The position numbers and the translations under genes were made by a program. The notes beneath the pieces are model-generated. The model searched no databases, had not been told where the DNA came from, and saw only the letters and a program-made list of their open reading frames with translations. A DNA stretch of 64,000 nt from Microthrixaceae bacterium (GTDB lineage: Bacteria; Actinomycetota; Acidimicrobiia; Acidimicrobiales; Acidimicrobilacustridaceae): the NCBI GenBank assembly GCA_947446975.1, contig CANFHM010000007.1, forward strand, positions 7,459-71,458, read 5' to 3'. The first letter of the stretch is position 1; each line of letters opens with the position of its first letter. Below, piece by piece: positions 1-11,713 of this stretch.

Positions 1-1086
1 GGCGACATGGGCCCGTTCGTTCCACAGCGCCCGGCCCTGCTCCACGAGCTCCTCGATCCCATGACGACGGAGGAACGCGGCCTGACTGGTGAGCTCCAGC
101 GGTGATGACAGCTGGAACTGGTCGACGGCGACATCGGTGGTGATGTCCTGGGAGCCGGGATCATCGAGCGGGTGACTCCCCCGCTCCTGACCGCGGAAGG
201 TCCGCAACCAGCCCATCTCGGGACGCCCGGCCAGCTCGGCGGTCGGGGCGCCGTAGTCGAACACGAGGATGTGACCACGCGACAGCCGACGTTCGACGGT
301 GGCGAGCCACTCGCCGGCGGCGCCCTGCCACGGGAACCAGGTGTCGAGCGGGAGATCCGGAGCACGGTCGAGGAGCTCACCCACACCGTCGACGACCACC
401 TGTGGGGCGCGACCCACGATGAGGTCGAGTTCGCCGTCGGGGGCGGCGGCCACCTCCATCTGCTCGATGACCAGATCGCCGATGTCGCGGGGGCGTCGCG
501 CATCGCCGGCATCGGCGTCGACGTCAGCAGCGGCGGACCGGCGGATCCGCAGGATCTCGAAGGGGAGGTTGTCGAGGAGTTCATTGGCCAGCACAACGCC
601 ACAGGACATGAGTGGCAGGTCCGTGGTGCTGATGAACTGCGGTCCGTCGCCGAGCTGCGGGGATGCGACGAATGCCTCCAGTTCGAAGCCGTTGCGCTCC
701 CCCATCCAGCCGGGCAGGTGCTCGGCATGCATGGCCCGCTGGAACGCCGACTGTTCGACCAGCACATAGAGCAGACTCGACGAGCACTCCGGTGCGGCGA
801 ACCTGATGGCACGGGCGAGCGTACCGGGGCCGGCGCCCACCTCGGCCACCACGAAGGGATCGGGTCGCCCGGCCTCGATCCACCAGGCGTCCAGCACCCG
901 GGCCAGCACCGCCCCGAACAACGGACCGACCTCCGGGCTGGTGAGGAAGTCCGCTCCCCGACCGGCGCGACCGCCACGCTCGTAGAACCCGTGACGCGGG
1001 TCGTACAGCGCGACGCGCATGTACTCGGCGAAGGTGATGGAACCGCGCTCCCCGATGAGGGAGCGCACCGCCTCGAGGGGCGTCAA
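1..1086 (-). CDS. MidA/NDUFAF7-family SAM-dependent methyltransferase (3' end runs off window)
   Basis: Absent from the ORF track; translated by hand from a TTG at 1086 that overlaps the nuoN stop: MTPLEAVRSLIGERGSITFAEYMRVALYDPRHGFY...DFLTSPEVGPLFG...EVGAGPGTLA...LANELLDNLP...PGSQDIT...QAAFLRRHGI. These are Methyltransf_28 family motifs; the frame is still open at base 1. Confidence 0.9.
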   Translation of the reverse strand, partial: MTPLEAVRSLIGERGSITFAEYMRVALYDPRHGFYERGGRAGRGADFLTSPEVGPLFGAVLARVLDAWWIEAGRPDPFVVAEVGAGPGTLARAIRFAAPECSSSLLYVLVEQSAFQRAMHAEHLPGWMGERNGFELEAFVASPQLGDGPQFISTTDLPLMSCGVVLANELLDNLPFEILRIRRSAAADVDADAGDARRPRDIGDLVIEQMEVAAAPDGELDLIVGRAPQVVVDGVGELLDRAPDLPLDTWFPWQGAAGEWLATVERRLSRGHILVFDYGAPTAELAGRPEMGWLRTFRGQERGSHPLDDPGSQDITTDVAVDQFQLSSPLELTSQAAFLRRHGIEELVEQGRALWNERAHVA

Positions 1087-2594
1087 CGCCCGATCGACAG
1101 GAGCGAGATCGGATCGGTGAAGTGGGTGATCACGCTGGGAAGCACACCGATCACGATGGTGACGGCCACGGTGATGACGAGTGCGGCCATGATCGAGGAG
1201 GGGACCCGGATCGGGGTGCGGTCACCGTCGGGGACCTCATCCATCCACATGACCCGCATCAGTCGGCCGTAGTACCCGAACGCGATCACCGAGTTGATGC
1301 CGACGAGGACGGCGAGCACGTAGCCCGAGGTGGAGCCGGCGGAGGTGAGCGCCCGGAAGATCTCGAGCTTGGCGAACCAGCCACCCGCCGGCGGGATGCC
1401 CGCCAGGGCGAACAGGAAGATCGTCATGGCGACGGTGAGTCCCGGGGCGTAGTGGAAGAGTCCGCCGAACGAGGTGATCTCGCCGGAACGGGTCTTGCGG
1501 GCCACGGCGATGACGACGGCGAAGGCGCCGAGGTTCATCGCGGCGTAGATGAGCAGGTAGGTGACGACCGCACGGAGCGCCTCGCCGCCCGAGGTGAGGC
1601 TCACACCGGCGACCGCCAACGGGGCGAGGATGTAGCCGGCCTGGGCGATGCCCGAGTAGGCGAGCATGCGCACCACGTTGGTCTGGCGCAGCGCCACGAG
1701 GTTGCCGAAGGTCATGGTGACGGCGGCGAGCACCCACATGAGCGGCTCGAAGACGTCGTGGCGTCCGTAGAAGCCCACGAAGATGATGTTGAGCAGTGCC
1801 ACGAAACCGGCGGCCTTGGAGGCCACTGCGAGGAACGAGGTGACCGGCGTGGGAGCGCCTTCGTAGGTGTCGGGTGCCCACATGTGGAACGGCACCGCCG
1901 AGACCTTGAAGGCGAAGCCGATGATCACGAAGACGATGCCGAGCGTGACGATCGGCTGGGAGGAGATGGCCTCGCCCAGCTTCGGCCCGATCTCGGCGAG
2001 CAGGGTGGATCCGGTGATGCCGTAGATGAGCGAGAGGCCGTAGAGCAGGATCGCCGAGGCGAACACGCCCATCAGGTAGTACTTCATGCCCGCTTCGTTG
2101 GACCGGAGATCGCGCTTGCGCCAGGCGGCGAGCATGTAGGCCGGGATGGAGATGAGCTCGAGCGCCACGAAGATGCTGATGAGGTCGCGGGCTGAGGCCA
2201 TGACCATCATGCCGAGGACCGACGCGAGGATGAGCTGGTAGTACTCCCCCTCCCAGTAGTCGCCCTCGGCGATGTAGTTGGTGGACAGCAGGATCACCAC
2301 GTAGCCGGAGATCACGAACAGCGCCGAGAGCAGCAGCGAGTAGGGATCGACCACGAAGGCCCCGCCGAACAGGACCCGTGAGGTTCCGTCGTTTGCGAGC
2401 GTGGCGATGGGGATGAGCGATGCCAGCAGACCGACGCCGGCGAGCGAGGAGGAGGTCCAGCGCGAGTGCTCGCCGGTGAAGGCGTCGACCACGATGATCA
2501 CGAGCAGGGTCGCCGCCACGATGATCAGCGGCGCGAGCGCGTGATAGTCGATGCTCGGCGACTGCCAGGCGAACGTCATGAGCGAGGCGAGCAA
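1083..2594 (-). CDS. nuoN: NADH-quinone oxidoreductase subunit N (11-subunit operon)
   Basis: Multi-TM; FKVSAVPFHMWAPDTYEGAP and RMLAYS motifs. Confidence 0.95.
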   Translation of the reverse strand: MLASLMTFAWQSPSIDYHALAPLIIVAATLLVIIVVDAFTGEHSRWTSSSLAGVGLLASLIPIATLANDGTSRVLFGGAFVVDPYSLLLSALFVISGYVVILLSTNYIAEGDYWEGEYYQLILASVLGMMVMASARDLISIFVALELISIPAYMLAAWRKRDLRSNEAGMKYYLMGVFASAILLYGLSLIYGITGSTLLAEIGPKLGEAISSQPIVTLGIVFVIIGFAFKVSAVPFHMWAPDTYEGAPTPVTSFLAVASKAAGFVALLNIIFVGFYGRHDVFEPLMWVLAAVTMTFGNLVALRQTNVVRMLAYSGIAQAGYILAPLAVAGVSLTSGGEALRAVVTYLLIYAAMNLGAFAVVIAVARKTRSGEITSFGGLFHYAPGLTVAMTIFLFALAGIPPAGGWFAKLEIFRALTSAGSTSGYVLAVLVGINSVIAFGYYGRLMRVMWMDEVPDGDRTPIRVPSSIMAALVITVAVTIVIGVLPSVITHFTDPISLLSIGR

Positions 2595-2598
2595 GGGA

Positions 2599-4158
2599 TC
2601 AGCCCCCGTGTCCGGACAGGGCGCTCACGATGTTGCCGACGGCACCATCGGTGACCTTGAAGATGAGGTTCGGGTACACACCGAGCACGAGGATGAGGAC
2701 GAGCATCGGGGTCCAGGCCAGCCATTCGGTGAACGACACATCGTGGATGTGCGGATCGTCCTCGAACTCGGCCTTGGGGACGCCGAAGCCCACACGCTGG
2801 TACAGCCACAGCAGGTAGGCGGCGGCGAGCACGGTGCCCAGTGCGGCGATGACCATCAGCACCCGGAAGAACGCCACGTTCAGACCGCCACCGGGGTTGT
2901 AGGCCGAGAGGATGGCGGGGAACTCACCCCAGAATCCCGCCAGACCGGGCAGACCCAGCGAGGCCATGACCGAGAAGCCGAGGATCCAGCCCATGTGCGG
3001 CATCTGCTTGAGCATGCCGCCGAGGCGGGCGATGTCGAGGGTGTGGAAGCGCTCCTTGGTGGAACCGGCCACGAAGAACAGCATGCCGGTGATGAGGCCA
3101 TGGGCCACCATGCCGAAGATGGCGGCGCTCATGCCGAAGCTGGTGAGCGAGGCGATGGCGAGCATCACGAAGCCCATGTGTGACACCGAGGAGAAGGCGA
3201 TGAGACGCTTCATGTCGGTCTGGGCCAGACAGCACAGTGCGCCGTAGATGATGCCGATGACCGCCAGGACACCGATGAAGGGAGCCCACTTCTCGGCGGC
3301 GTGCGGAAGGATCGGGATGGCGATACGGATGAAGCCGTAGGTGCCGAGCTTCAGCAGGACTGCGGCGAGGATGACCGAACCCACGGTGGGAGCCTGGGTG
3401 TGGGCGTCGGGCAGCCAGGTGTGGAACGGGAACATCGGCACCTTGATGCCGAAACCCATGAACATGCCGCCGAAGATCCACAGTGCGGCACCGGTGGAGA
3501 TCCCGGTGGCCAGCGCCGGGAGCTGACGCATGTCGAAGGTGTGCATCATCACGCCGCCGACGTCGACCTTGTCGGAGAGGAAGTACAGGGCGAGGAAGCT
3601 CACGATCATGAGCGCCGAGCCGAACAGCGTGTAGAGGAAGAACTTGAGTGATGCGTACTGACGCTTCTCGCCGCCCCAGACGCCGATGAGGAAGTACATC
3701 GGCAGCAGCACGACCTCGAAGAAGACGAAGAACAGGATGAGGTCCTGGGCGATGAACGACCCGATCATGCCGGTCTCGAGGATGAGGATCAGGATGAGGA
3801 ACGCCTTGGGGTTGCGCGGCTCGGGGAAGTGGTTCCACGAGTAGATGATGCACAGCGGCACCACCAGCAGCGTGAGGGCGATCATGGGCAGCGAGATGCC
3901 GTCCATGCCCACGATGTAGCGGCTGTTGATCAGCGGGATCCAGGACTTGTCGACGACGAACTGGAGCGTGCCGCTCTTGTCGTAGTCGAAGTTGGTCAGC
4001 AGCAGGACGCCAAGCAGCCCGACCACCAAGGAGGTGGCGAGCGCGATGACCTTGTGCGCCCCCTCCCTCGCCTTCGGGATGAGCAGCATGATCAGCGCAC
4101 CGATCAGCGGAAGGAAGACGGCGAGGCTCAAGCCCCAGCTGTTCAGAAAGTCTTTCAT
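2599..4158 (-). CDS. nuoM: NADH-quinone oxidoreductase subunit M (11-subunit operon)
   Basis: KVPMFPFHTWLPDAHTQAP, LLKLGTYG, SSVSHMG motifs. Confidence 0.95.
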   Translation of the reverse strand: MKDFLNSWGLSLAVFLPLIGALIMLLIPKAREGAHKVIALATSLVVGLLGVLLLTNFDYDKSGTLQFVVDKSWIPLINSRYIVGMDGISLPMIALTLLVVPLCIIYSWNHFPEPRNPKAFLILILILETGMIGSFIAQDLILFFVFFEVVLLPMYFLIGVWGGEKRQYASLKFFLYTLFGSALMIVSFLALYFLSDKVDVGGVMMHTFDMRQLPALATGISTGAALWIFGGMFMGFGIKVPMFPFHTWLPDAHTQAPTVGSVILAAVLLKLGTYGFIRIAIPILPHAAEKWAPFIGVLAVIGIIYGALCCLAQTDMKRLIAFSSVSHMGFVMLAIASLTSFGMSAAIFGMVAHGLITGMLFFVAGSTKERFHTLDIARLGGMLKQMPHMGWILGFSVMASLGLPGLAGFWGEFPAILSAYNPGGGLNVAFFRVLMVIAALGTVLAAAYLLWLYQRVGFGVPKAEFEDDPHIHDVSFTEWLAWTPMLVLILVLGVYPNLIFKVTDGAVGNIVSALSGHGG

Positions 4159-4176
4159 CGAGTTGGTCCTGAGCTC

Positions 4177-6495
<2,319 letters not shown>

Positions 6496-6499
6496 AGCA

Positions 6500-6814
6500 T
6501 CAGCCCTTCATCAGATCGACGTCGTTGACGTCGATGCTCTGACGATTGCGGTGGATCAACAGGACGATCGCCAGACCGACACCGACCTCAGCCGCCGCGA
6601 TGGCGATCACGAACAGGGCGAACACCTGACCGGAGAGGTTGGAGGGATCGGTGACATGCCACATGGCACCGAAGGCGACGAGGTTGATGTTGACCGAGTT
6701 CAGGATGAGTTCGATCGACATCAGCACGAGCACCGCATTGCGACGGGCGAGGACGCCGTAGACCCCGATGCAGAAGAGGATCGCGCCGAGGAAGAGGAAC
6801 TGGTTGACCAGCAT
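6500..6814 (-). CDS. nuoK: NADH-quinone oxidoreductase subunit K (11-subunit operon)
   Basis: 3 TM; IELILN and [10 protein letters not shown]. Confidence 0.95.
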   Translation of the reverse strand: MLVNQFLFLGAILFCIGVYGVLARRNAVLVLMSIELILNSVNINLVAFGAMWHVTDPSNLSGQVFALFVIAIAAAEVGVGLAIVLLIHRNRQSIDVNDVDLMKG

Positions 6815-7323
6815 CAGTCCCTCCGAGCGAGGACGATGGCGCCGATGAGCGCAGCGAGCAGAAGGATCGAGATGACCTCGAAGGGCAGCAGGTAGGTGGA
6901 GAAGATGGAATCGCTGACCTGGGCGGTGCGTTGGACGAGCAGATCGCCGAACTCACGCTTCCCGAAGCCGTCCCAGAGCGAGTAGCCCATCACTCCGGCG
7001 AGCAGCACACCGATGAGTGCGGCCATGCGACGAGCCCCGGCGGAGTTGTCGAGGTTGTCGTCGGTGCCGGTCTTGGTGCGGGTGAGCATGATGCCGAACA
7101 GGAACAGCACGATGATGGCGCCGAGGTAGACGAGCACCTGGGTGATGGCCACGAACTCGGCAGCCAGCAGGATGTACTGGGCGGCCACACCGGCGAGCAC
7201 CAGCACCAGCCAGAGCGCGGCGTGCATGAGGTTCTTGCAGGTGACGACCCGGATGGCGCCGAACACCATGAGGGCGGCGATGATGTAGAACGCGATGTTC
7301 TGGGCGACGAGAAGAGCGAGCAT
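6814..7323 (-). CDS. nuoJ: NADH-quinone oxidoreductase subunit J (11-subunit operon)
   Basis: Start moved to ATG 7323 (overlaps nuoI stop); QVLVYLGAI and YLLPFE motifs. Confidence 0.93.
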   Translation of the reverse strand: MLALLVAQNIAFYIIAALMVFGAIRVVTCKNLMHAALWLVLVLAGVAAQYILLAAEFVAITQVLVYLGAIIVLFLFGIMLTRTKTGTDDNLDNSAGARRMAALIGVLLAGVMGYSLWDGFGKREFGDLLVQRTAQVSDSIFSTYLLPFEVISILLLAALIGAIVLARRD

Positions 7324-7826
7324 CAGTCCTTCGGCACCTTCCTGAGCTTGGCCTCGGAGCCGGCCTCGTAGGGCTCGAACTCCGGGACGGTCTCCATCCA
7401 CTGCGCCAGTCGGCTCTTGTCGTGGAGGAGATCGGCGATGCGGACCTCCGAGTACTCGTGCTCCGGGCTCCAGAAGAGCGCATCGAACGGGCAGACCTCG
7501 ACGCAGATGCCGCAGTACATGCACAGCGAGTAGTCGATGTCGAAGCGGTCGAGTTCGTTCTTCTGGCGGGGCTTGCCACCCTCGCGGCGCGGCGGGGCGA
7601 CGTACTTGTGCGCCTCGATGAAGATGCACCAGTCGGGACACTCACGGGCGCAGAGCATGCATGAGGTGCAGTTCTCCTCATGCATGGCGATGACCCCGCG
7701 GGCACGGGCCGTGGGCTCCTCGCGCTCGTGCGGGTAGCGGGTGGTCTGGGGACCCGACTTGAGGGTCTTGACCATCTCGCCGAACGTGACACCGAGACCC
7801 TTGATGAGACCGGGGACCTGAGGCAT
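7323..7826 (-). CDS. nuoI: NADH-quinone oxidoreductase subunit I (11-subunit operon), 2x[4Fe-4S]
   Basis: [12 protein letters not shown] and [12 protein letters not shown]. Confidence 0.95.
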   Translation of the reverse strand: MPQVPGLIKGLGVTFGEMVKTLKSGPQTTRYPHEREEPTARARGVIAMHEENCTSCMLCARECPDWCIFIEAHKYVAPPRREGGKPRQKNELDRFDIDYSLCMYCGICVEVCPFDALFWSPEHEYSEVRIADLLHDKSRLAQWMETVPEFEPYEAGSEAKLRKVPKD

Positions 7827-8863
7827 CAGAACACCACCTTCAGGATGGCCGTGGCGACGATGTTGACGAGCGCCAGCGGGATGAGGAACTTCCAGGCGAA
7901 GCTCTGGAGCTGATCCTCACGGAGACGGGGATAGGTGAACCGGACCCAGAAGATGATGAACGAGACGAGCATCACCTTGGCGAACAGCACCGCCGGGCCG
8001 AGGACGTAGTACCAGTCGCTGTTGGCCGAGAGCCACGGGACGGCCCAGCCGCCGAGGAACATGACGGCGGCGATACCGGCGAACACGAACGCCGTGGCGA
8101 ACTCGGCGAGGAAGAAGATGAGGAAGCGGAAGCCCGTGTACTCGACCTGGTAGCCGCTCACGATCTCCGATTCGGCGACCGGCATGTCGAAGGGCGGCTG
8201 CGTGAGCTCGGCCTGGACGGCGGCGATGAAGATGAAGAACCCGATGAACTGGGTGAGGATGTACGGGTTGCCGATGCCGGTCCAGCCGAAGATGGCACCG
8301 CCGTTCTGGGCGAACACGATGCCGTTGAGGCTGAGGGTGCCGGCCTGGATGACCACACCCATGACGGCGAGCACCATGGGCAGCTCGTAGGCGATGAGCT
8401 GCCCCGCCGCACGGAGCGCACCCATGAGCGAGTACTTGTTGGCCGAGGCCCAGCCCGCCATGAGGACACCGATGACCGACAGCGAGGAGATCGCCAGCAC
8501 GTAGAACACACCGACGTCGAGGTTCTCGACGACCAGATGTGCCGATGCGGGCAGTGCCACGTAGAGCAGCAGCGTGGAGGAGAGCACCACGAGCGGAGCG
8601 GCCTTGAACACCCAGAGGTCGGCGCCGTTCGGGGCGATGTCCTCCTTCTGGATGAACTTCACGCCGTCGGCGAGCAGCTGGAGCAGACCACGGGGGCCGG
8701 CCTCCTGCGGACCGAGACGGCTCTGCATCCAACTCATGATCTTGAACAGGAAGACCACGCCGAGGATGAGGGCGGTGGTGGGGACGACCGCGCCGACGAC
8801 GAGCACCTTGATGACGGTGGACAGCCAGTACGGCGGGGCGAAGGAGGCCAGCATCGGGATCAT
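7826..8863 (-). CDS. nuoH: NADH-quinone oxidoreductase subunit H (11-subunit operon)
   Basis: Start moved to ATG 8863 (overlaps nuoD stop); [34 protein letters not shown]. Confidence 0.93.
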   Translation of the reverse strand: MIPMLASFAPPYWLSTVIKVLVVGAVVPTTALILGVVFLFKIMSWMQSRLGPQEAGPRGLLQLLADGVKFIQKEDIAPNGADLWVFKAAPLVVLSSTLLLYVALPASAHLVVENLDVGVFYVLAISSLSVIGVLMAGWASANKYSLMGALRAAGQLIAYELPMVLAVMGVVIQAGTLSLNGIVFAQNGGAIFGWTGIGNPYILTQFIGFFIFIAAVQAELTQPPFDMPVAESEIVSGYQVEYTGFRFLIFFLAEFATAFVFAGIAAVMFLGGWAVPWLSANSDWYYVLGPAVLFAKVMLVSFIIFWVRFTYPRLREDQLQSFAWKFLIPLALVNIVATAILKVVF

Positions 8864-10035
8864 CGGTCGATGTCTCCGAGGATGAAGTAGAGGCTGCCCA
8901 GGATCGAGATGAGATCGGGCACGTAGGCGCCGCGGGCCACCCACGGGACGATCGAGATGTTGTTGAACGAGGCCGAGCGGATCTTGACCCGGAACGGCAC
9001 GAGCTCACCCTTGGACACGATGTAGTAGCCCATCTCGCCGAGCGGGTTCTCGGTGGCGACGTAGGCCTCGCCCTCGGGCACCTTGATGATGCGCGGCACC
9101 TTGGCCATGACCGGTCCGGCCGGGATGGTGTCGAGCAGCTGCTTGACGATCTTGGCCGCTTCTCGGGTCTCCTGGAGACGGACCCAGGTGCGGGCGAAGC
9201 AGTCGCCGTCGGGGTGGGTCCAGACCTTCCAGTCGGCCTGGTCGTAGACCAGACCGGGCGGGCAGCCGTCGCGACGGAGGTCCCAGTCGACGCCCGACGC
9301 GCGCAGGTTGGCACCGGAGAGGCCGTAGTTCAGGGCGATGTCGGCGGGGATGACACCGATGCCGCGGGTACGGGACTGGAAGATCTCGTTGCCGACGAGG
9401 AGGTCCTCCATCTCGTCGCAGAACGCGAGGAGCTTGTCCATGGCGACATGGGAATCGGCGATCCAGCCCTTGGGCAGATCATCCTTGAGGCCGCCGATGC
9501 GGTCGAAGTTCGGATGGAACCGTCCGCCGGTGGCCGATTCGATCATGTTGAGGACATGCTCGCGATCGCGGAAGGCGTAGAAGCCGGCGGTCATGCCGCC
9601 GAGCTGCAGACCGAAATCACCGAGGAACAGCGAGATGTTGGCCACACGGGACATCTCGAACAGGATCGTGCGGATCCACTGGGCGCGGGGCGGGGCCTCG
9701 ACACCCATGAGCTTCTCGGCGGCGAGGATGAACGGCACCTCGTTGGCGAAGCTGCCGAGCCAGTCGATGCGATTGATCAGGGCGTTGATCTGCGGATACG
9801 AGCGGACCTCGACGATCTTCTCGTAGCCGCGATGCATGTAGCCACAGATCGGCTCGGCCGAGATGACCTGCTCACCGTCGAGCTTGGCGACGATGCGCAG
9901 CGTTCCATGGGTGGCCGGATGCTGGGGACCCATGTTGAGGGTCATCCCCTCGGATTCGAAATCCAGGTTGACCCGTGTGTCGGTGGCCTCGGCGACGAGG
10001 TCGGAGAGCTGGCTGGGGTCGCTGACGGCGGTCAT
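8860..10035 (-). CDS. nuoD: NADH-quinone oxidoreductase subunit D (11-subunit operon)
   Basis: NMGPQHPATHGTLR, GYMHRGYEK, C-terminal GDIDR; no NiFe CxxC motifs. Confidence 0.95.
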   Translation of the reverse strand: MTAVSDPSQLSDLVAEATDTRVNLDFESEGMTLNMGPQHPATHGTLRIVAKLDGEQVISAEPICGYMHRGYEKIVEVRSYPQINALINRIDWLGSFANEVPFILAAEKLMGVEAPPRAQWIRTILFEMSRVANISLFLGDFGLQLGGMTAGFYAFRDREHVLNMIESATGGRFHPNFDRIGGLKDDLPKGWIADSHVAMDKLLAFCDEMEDLLVGNEIFQSRTRGIGVIPADIALNYGLSGANLRASGVDWDLRRDGCPPGLVYDQADWKVWTHPDGDCFARTWVRLQETREAAKIVKQLLDTIPAGPVMAKVPRIIKVPEGEAYVATENPLGEMGYYIVSKGELVPFRVKIRSASFNNISIVPWVARGAYVPDLISILGSLYFILGDIDR

Positions 10036-10724
10036 TCGGCGTCACCCTCCTCGGAATCGGCGGCTCCGGGCATCGGCTCGACATCGACGATCCCCGGCCA
10101 CGGACGCACGCGACGGGCGAGGAGCGGGAAGTCCTTGCGCAGGGGGAAGCCCTGGAAGTCGGTCGGCAGGTACATGTTGATCAGGTTGGGATGACCGTCG
10201 AAGGTGATCCCGAACATCTCGCGGGTCTCGCGCTCATGCCAGTTGGCACCGGCGAAGACGCCCGACCAGGTGGGGAGCGAGAGATCGTCGTCAGGCACAT
10301 CGGCCTTGAGATGGATGCCCGTGGCGGTGGCGATGCTGTAGACGTGGGCGATGACCTGGAAGCGGGTGTCGCCACCGGCATAGCCCTGCACGATGGGAGC
10401 TGGTTCCTTCGGCTCGGCGCCCGAGACCACGAGGTCCTCCTGGGCGTCCATGTCGCGGCCGAACGGGGAGGGCAGCCAGTCGATGGCCGACACGTAGTCG
10501 AAGAACGTGAATCCCATCGCCTTCACGGCCTCGGCGGCCTCGCGCCATGCGGTGCGATCGATGCGCACCCAGAGATCGTCGCCGGGACGGATGTGGGATC
10601 CGAGGACGGCATCGCCGAGACGTTCGATGAGTTCGGCCAGCACGGCCTCGCGGGCGGCGTCGGTCTCGACGACTGCGCCGGACTCGGCCTCTGCTGCTGC
10701 GTCGGTGGTGTCAGTTGACGACAA
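10032..10724 (-). CDS. nuoC: NADH-quinone oxidoreductase subunit C (11-subunit operon)
   Basis: Likely TTG start at 10724 after GGAAGGG; [18 protein letters not shown] and FPLRKDF. Confidence 0.9.
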   Translation of the reverse strand: MSSTDTTDAAAEAESGAVVETDAAREAVLAELIERLGDAVLGSHIRPGDDLWVRIDRTAWREAAEAVKAMGFTFFDYVSAIDWLPSPFGRDMDAQEDLVVSGAEPKEPAPIVQGYAGGDTRFQVIAHVYSIATATGIHLKADVPDDDLSLPTWSGVFAGANWHERETREMFGITFDGHPNLINMYLPTDFQGFPLRKDFPLLARRVRPWPGIVDVEPMPGAADSEEGDAE

Positions 10725-11211
10725 TGGGTTCACCCTTCCAGCGCTCGGCCATGTCCTCATGGGCGATGCGTTCCTGCAGCAGCAGGATGCCTTCGAGCAG
10801 GGCCTCGGGCCGCGGCGGACAGCCCGGCACGTAGACGTCGACGGGGATGAGCTGATCGACACCCTTGGTGACCGAGTAACTGTCCCAGTAAGGCCCGCCG
10901 CAGTTCGCGCAGGAGCCCATGGAGATCACGTACTTGGGATCGGGCATCTGCTCGTAGAGCCGCACGACGGCAGGGGCGAGCTTGTCGGTGACGGTTCCGG
11001 CGATGACGACGAGATCAGCCTGTCGTGGGCTGGCCGGGAAGGGGATGACCCCGAGGCGCATGACGTCGTAGCGCGGCGACGCGAATGCCGCACCCATCTC
11101 GATGGCGCAGCAGGCCAGACCCCACTGATAGGCCCAGATCGAGTACTTGCGCGAGAGGTTGAGGAGCTTGGACAGCGGCTTCGGGACACGACCGCTTTCG
11201 ACTAGACCCAT
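10711..11211 (-). CDS. nuoB: NADH-quinone oxidoreductase subunit B (11-subunit operon)
   Basis: Start moved to ATG 11211; [23 protein letters not shown]. Confidence 0.94.
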   Translation of the reverse strand: MGLVESGRVPKPLSKLLNLSRKYSIWAYQWGLACCAIEMGAAFASPRYDVMRLGVIPFPASPRQADLVVIAGTVTDKLAPAVVRLYEQMPDPKYVISMGSCANCGGPYWDSYSVTKGVDQLIPVDVYVPGCPPRPEALLEGILLLQERIAHEDMAERWKGEPIVVN

Positions 11212-11576
11212 CGGAGCACCTTCTTGCGCCATGCATAGAGCAGACCGAGAGCGAGGATGGCGACGAAGACCAGCATCTCGACCAGACCGAAGGTTCCGTA
11301 GCTCTCGAGCTGCGTGGCCCACGGGAACATGAACACCGCTTCGACGTCGAACATCACGAAGAGCAGTGCGTAGACGTAGTACCGGATCTGACTCTGCGAC
11401 CACCCGGTGCCGACGGCATCGACGCCCGACTCGTAGGAGAGGTACTTCTGCTCCTGGGGACGGGTCGGACGGAAGATCTTTCCGATGCCGAGAAGGCCCG
11501 CGCCGAGGCCGACACCGACGCCCGCGAAGATCGCCACAGTGAGGTACTGGCGTACGAAATCGGAGTACTCAGACAT
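11202..11576 (-). CDS. nuoA: NADH-quinone oxidoreductase subunit A (11-subunit operon)
   Basis: YESG and FDVEAVF motifs, 3 TM. Confidence 0.94.
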   Translation of the reverse strand: MSEYSDFVRQYLTVAIFAGVGVGLGAGLLGIGKIFRPTRPQEQKYLSYESGVDAVGTGWSQSQIRYYVYALLFVMFDVEAVFMFPWATQLESYGTFGLVEMLVFVAILALGLLYAWRKKVLRWV

Positions 11577-11585
11577 GAGATTTTG

Positions 11586-11591
11586 AGCCTA
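11586..11591 (-). promoter_or_regulatory. Probable -10 element (TAGGCT) for the second nuo operon
   Basis: TAGGCT lies 9 nt before the nuoA ATG, in the only sizeable gap (137 bp) within the nuo array. Confidence 0.55.
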
Positions 11592-11713
11592 CAGATCGGC
11601 CGAGCACGGCATGAAATCCTCTCGCGTGGACTGTCGACGACGGCAACAGTCTGCGTGATGTACGGGGGTGGGACAGCGGATGGTGCGTTCCGGGGGTGCG
11701 GATCATGGGGTGA

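Noticed and set aside
172-1272. 366-aa plus-strand ORF
   Set aside because: Antisense shadow of the midA-like gene and nuoN; no family motifs
8860-11211. Second operon as a group 4 NiFe hydrogenase
   Set aside because: NuoD2 has no CxxC nickel ligands, and NuoB2 has the complex I tandem CC motif
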